NCBI RefSeq assembly: GCF_006345805.1
Contig: NC_043018.1
Span: 15,686,001-15,750,000, forward strand
Origin: Octopus sinensis
Lineage: Eukaryota
Length of the DNA: 64,000 nucleotides
Reading direction: 5' to 3'
Positions 63,796 through 64,000 of the stretch are shown in pieces. Both the position numbers and the translations under genes were made by a program. The stretch's first letter is position 1. Every line of letters begins with the position of its first letter. A model generated the notes under the pieces. The model did not search any database. It was not told the DNA's origin and saw nothing but the letters and a program-made list of their open reading frames with translations.

Positions 63796-64000
63796 CTGCA
63801 AAAAAAAGGATCAGATAAATATCTATGAAACAACCAGCAAACATTAAACACAAGAAAACTAATAATCAATTTTTTCTTCTTGACCCCTTTTTTATGTTTA
63901 TCTCCTTGTCTTCATTGTCCTTCAACTAAATCTGTTTTTTATTGAAACCTCCTCATTCTCTTATACTATACTCTTTTACTCTTTTACTTGTTTCAGTCAT

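Overview
Eukaryotic, AT-rich, repeat-dense genomic DNA. The microsatellite load and SINE/LINE repertoire look cephalopod, probably Octopus (inference). Two convergent multi-exon genes were reconstructed by hand with phase-consistent GT-AG junctions; both start outside the window. (1) Plus strand, 12 exons from 763 to 31122: a VWDE-like protein (end of a VWD domain, RKKR furin-type site, EGF, Ig/IPT-like and Cys-rich segments) that ends in a transmembrane helix and a short tail. (2) Minus strand, 13 exons from 63795 to 47073: a cytosolic purine 5'-nucleotidase (NT5C2/cN-II). The rest is tRNA-headed SINEs, RTE/CR1/R4 LINE fragments, Tc1-mariner remnants, piggyBac-like and other MITEs, non-autonomous Helitrons and long microsatellites. 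Most ORFs in the supplied track are repeat artefacts. The best leads are: conserved NT5C2 residues that could be restored by A-to-I editing; a 7-unit SINE array with two interchangeable equal-length linkers; an RTE LINE whose 3' UTR carries a hypervariable tandem module (up to about 23 x 68 bp); and same-family SINEs in alternating orientation around exons. Repeat boundaries are approximate. Family names and human residue numbers are recalled, not database-checked.
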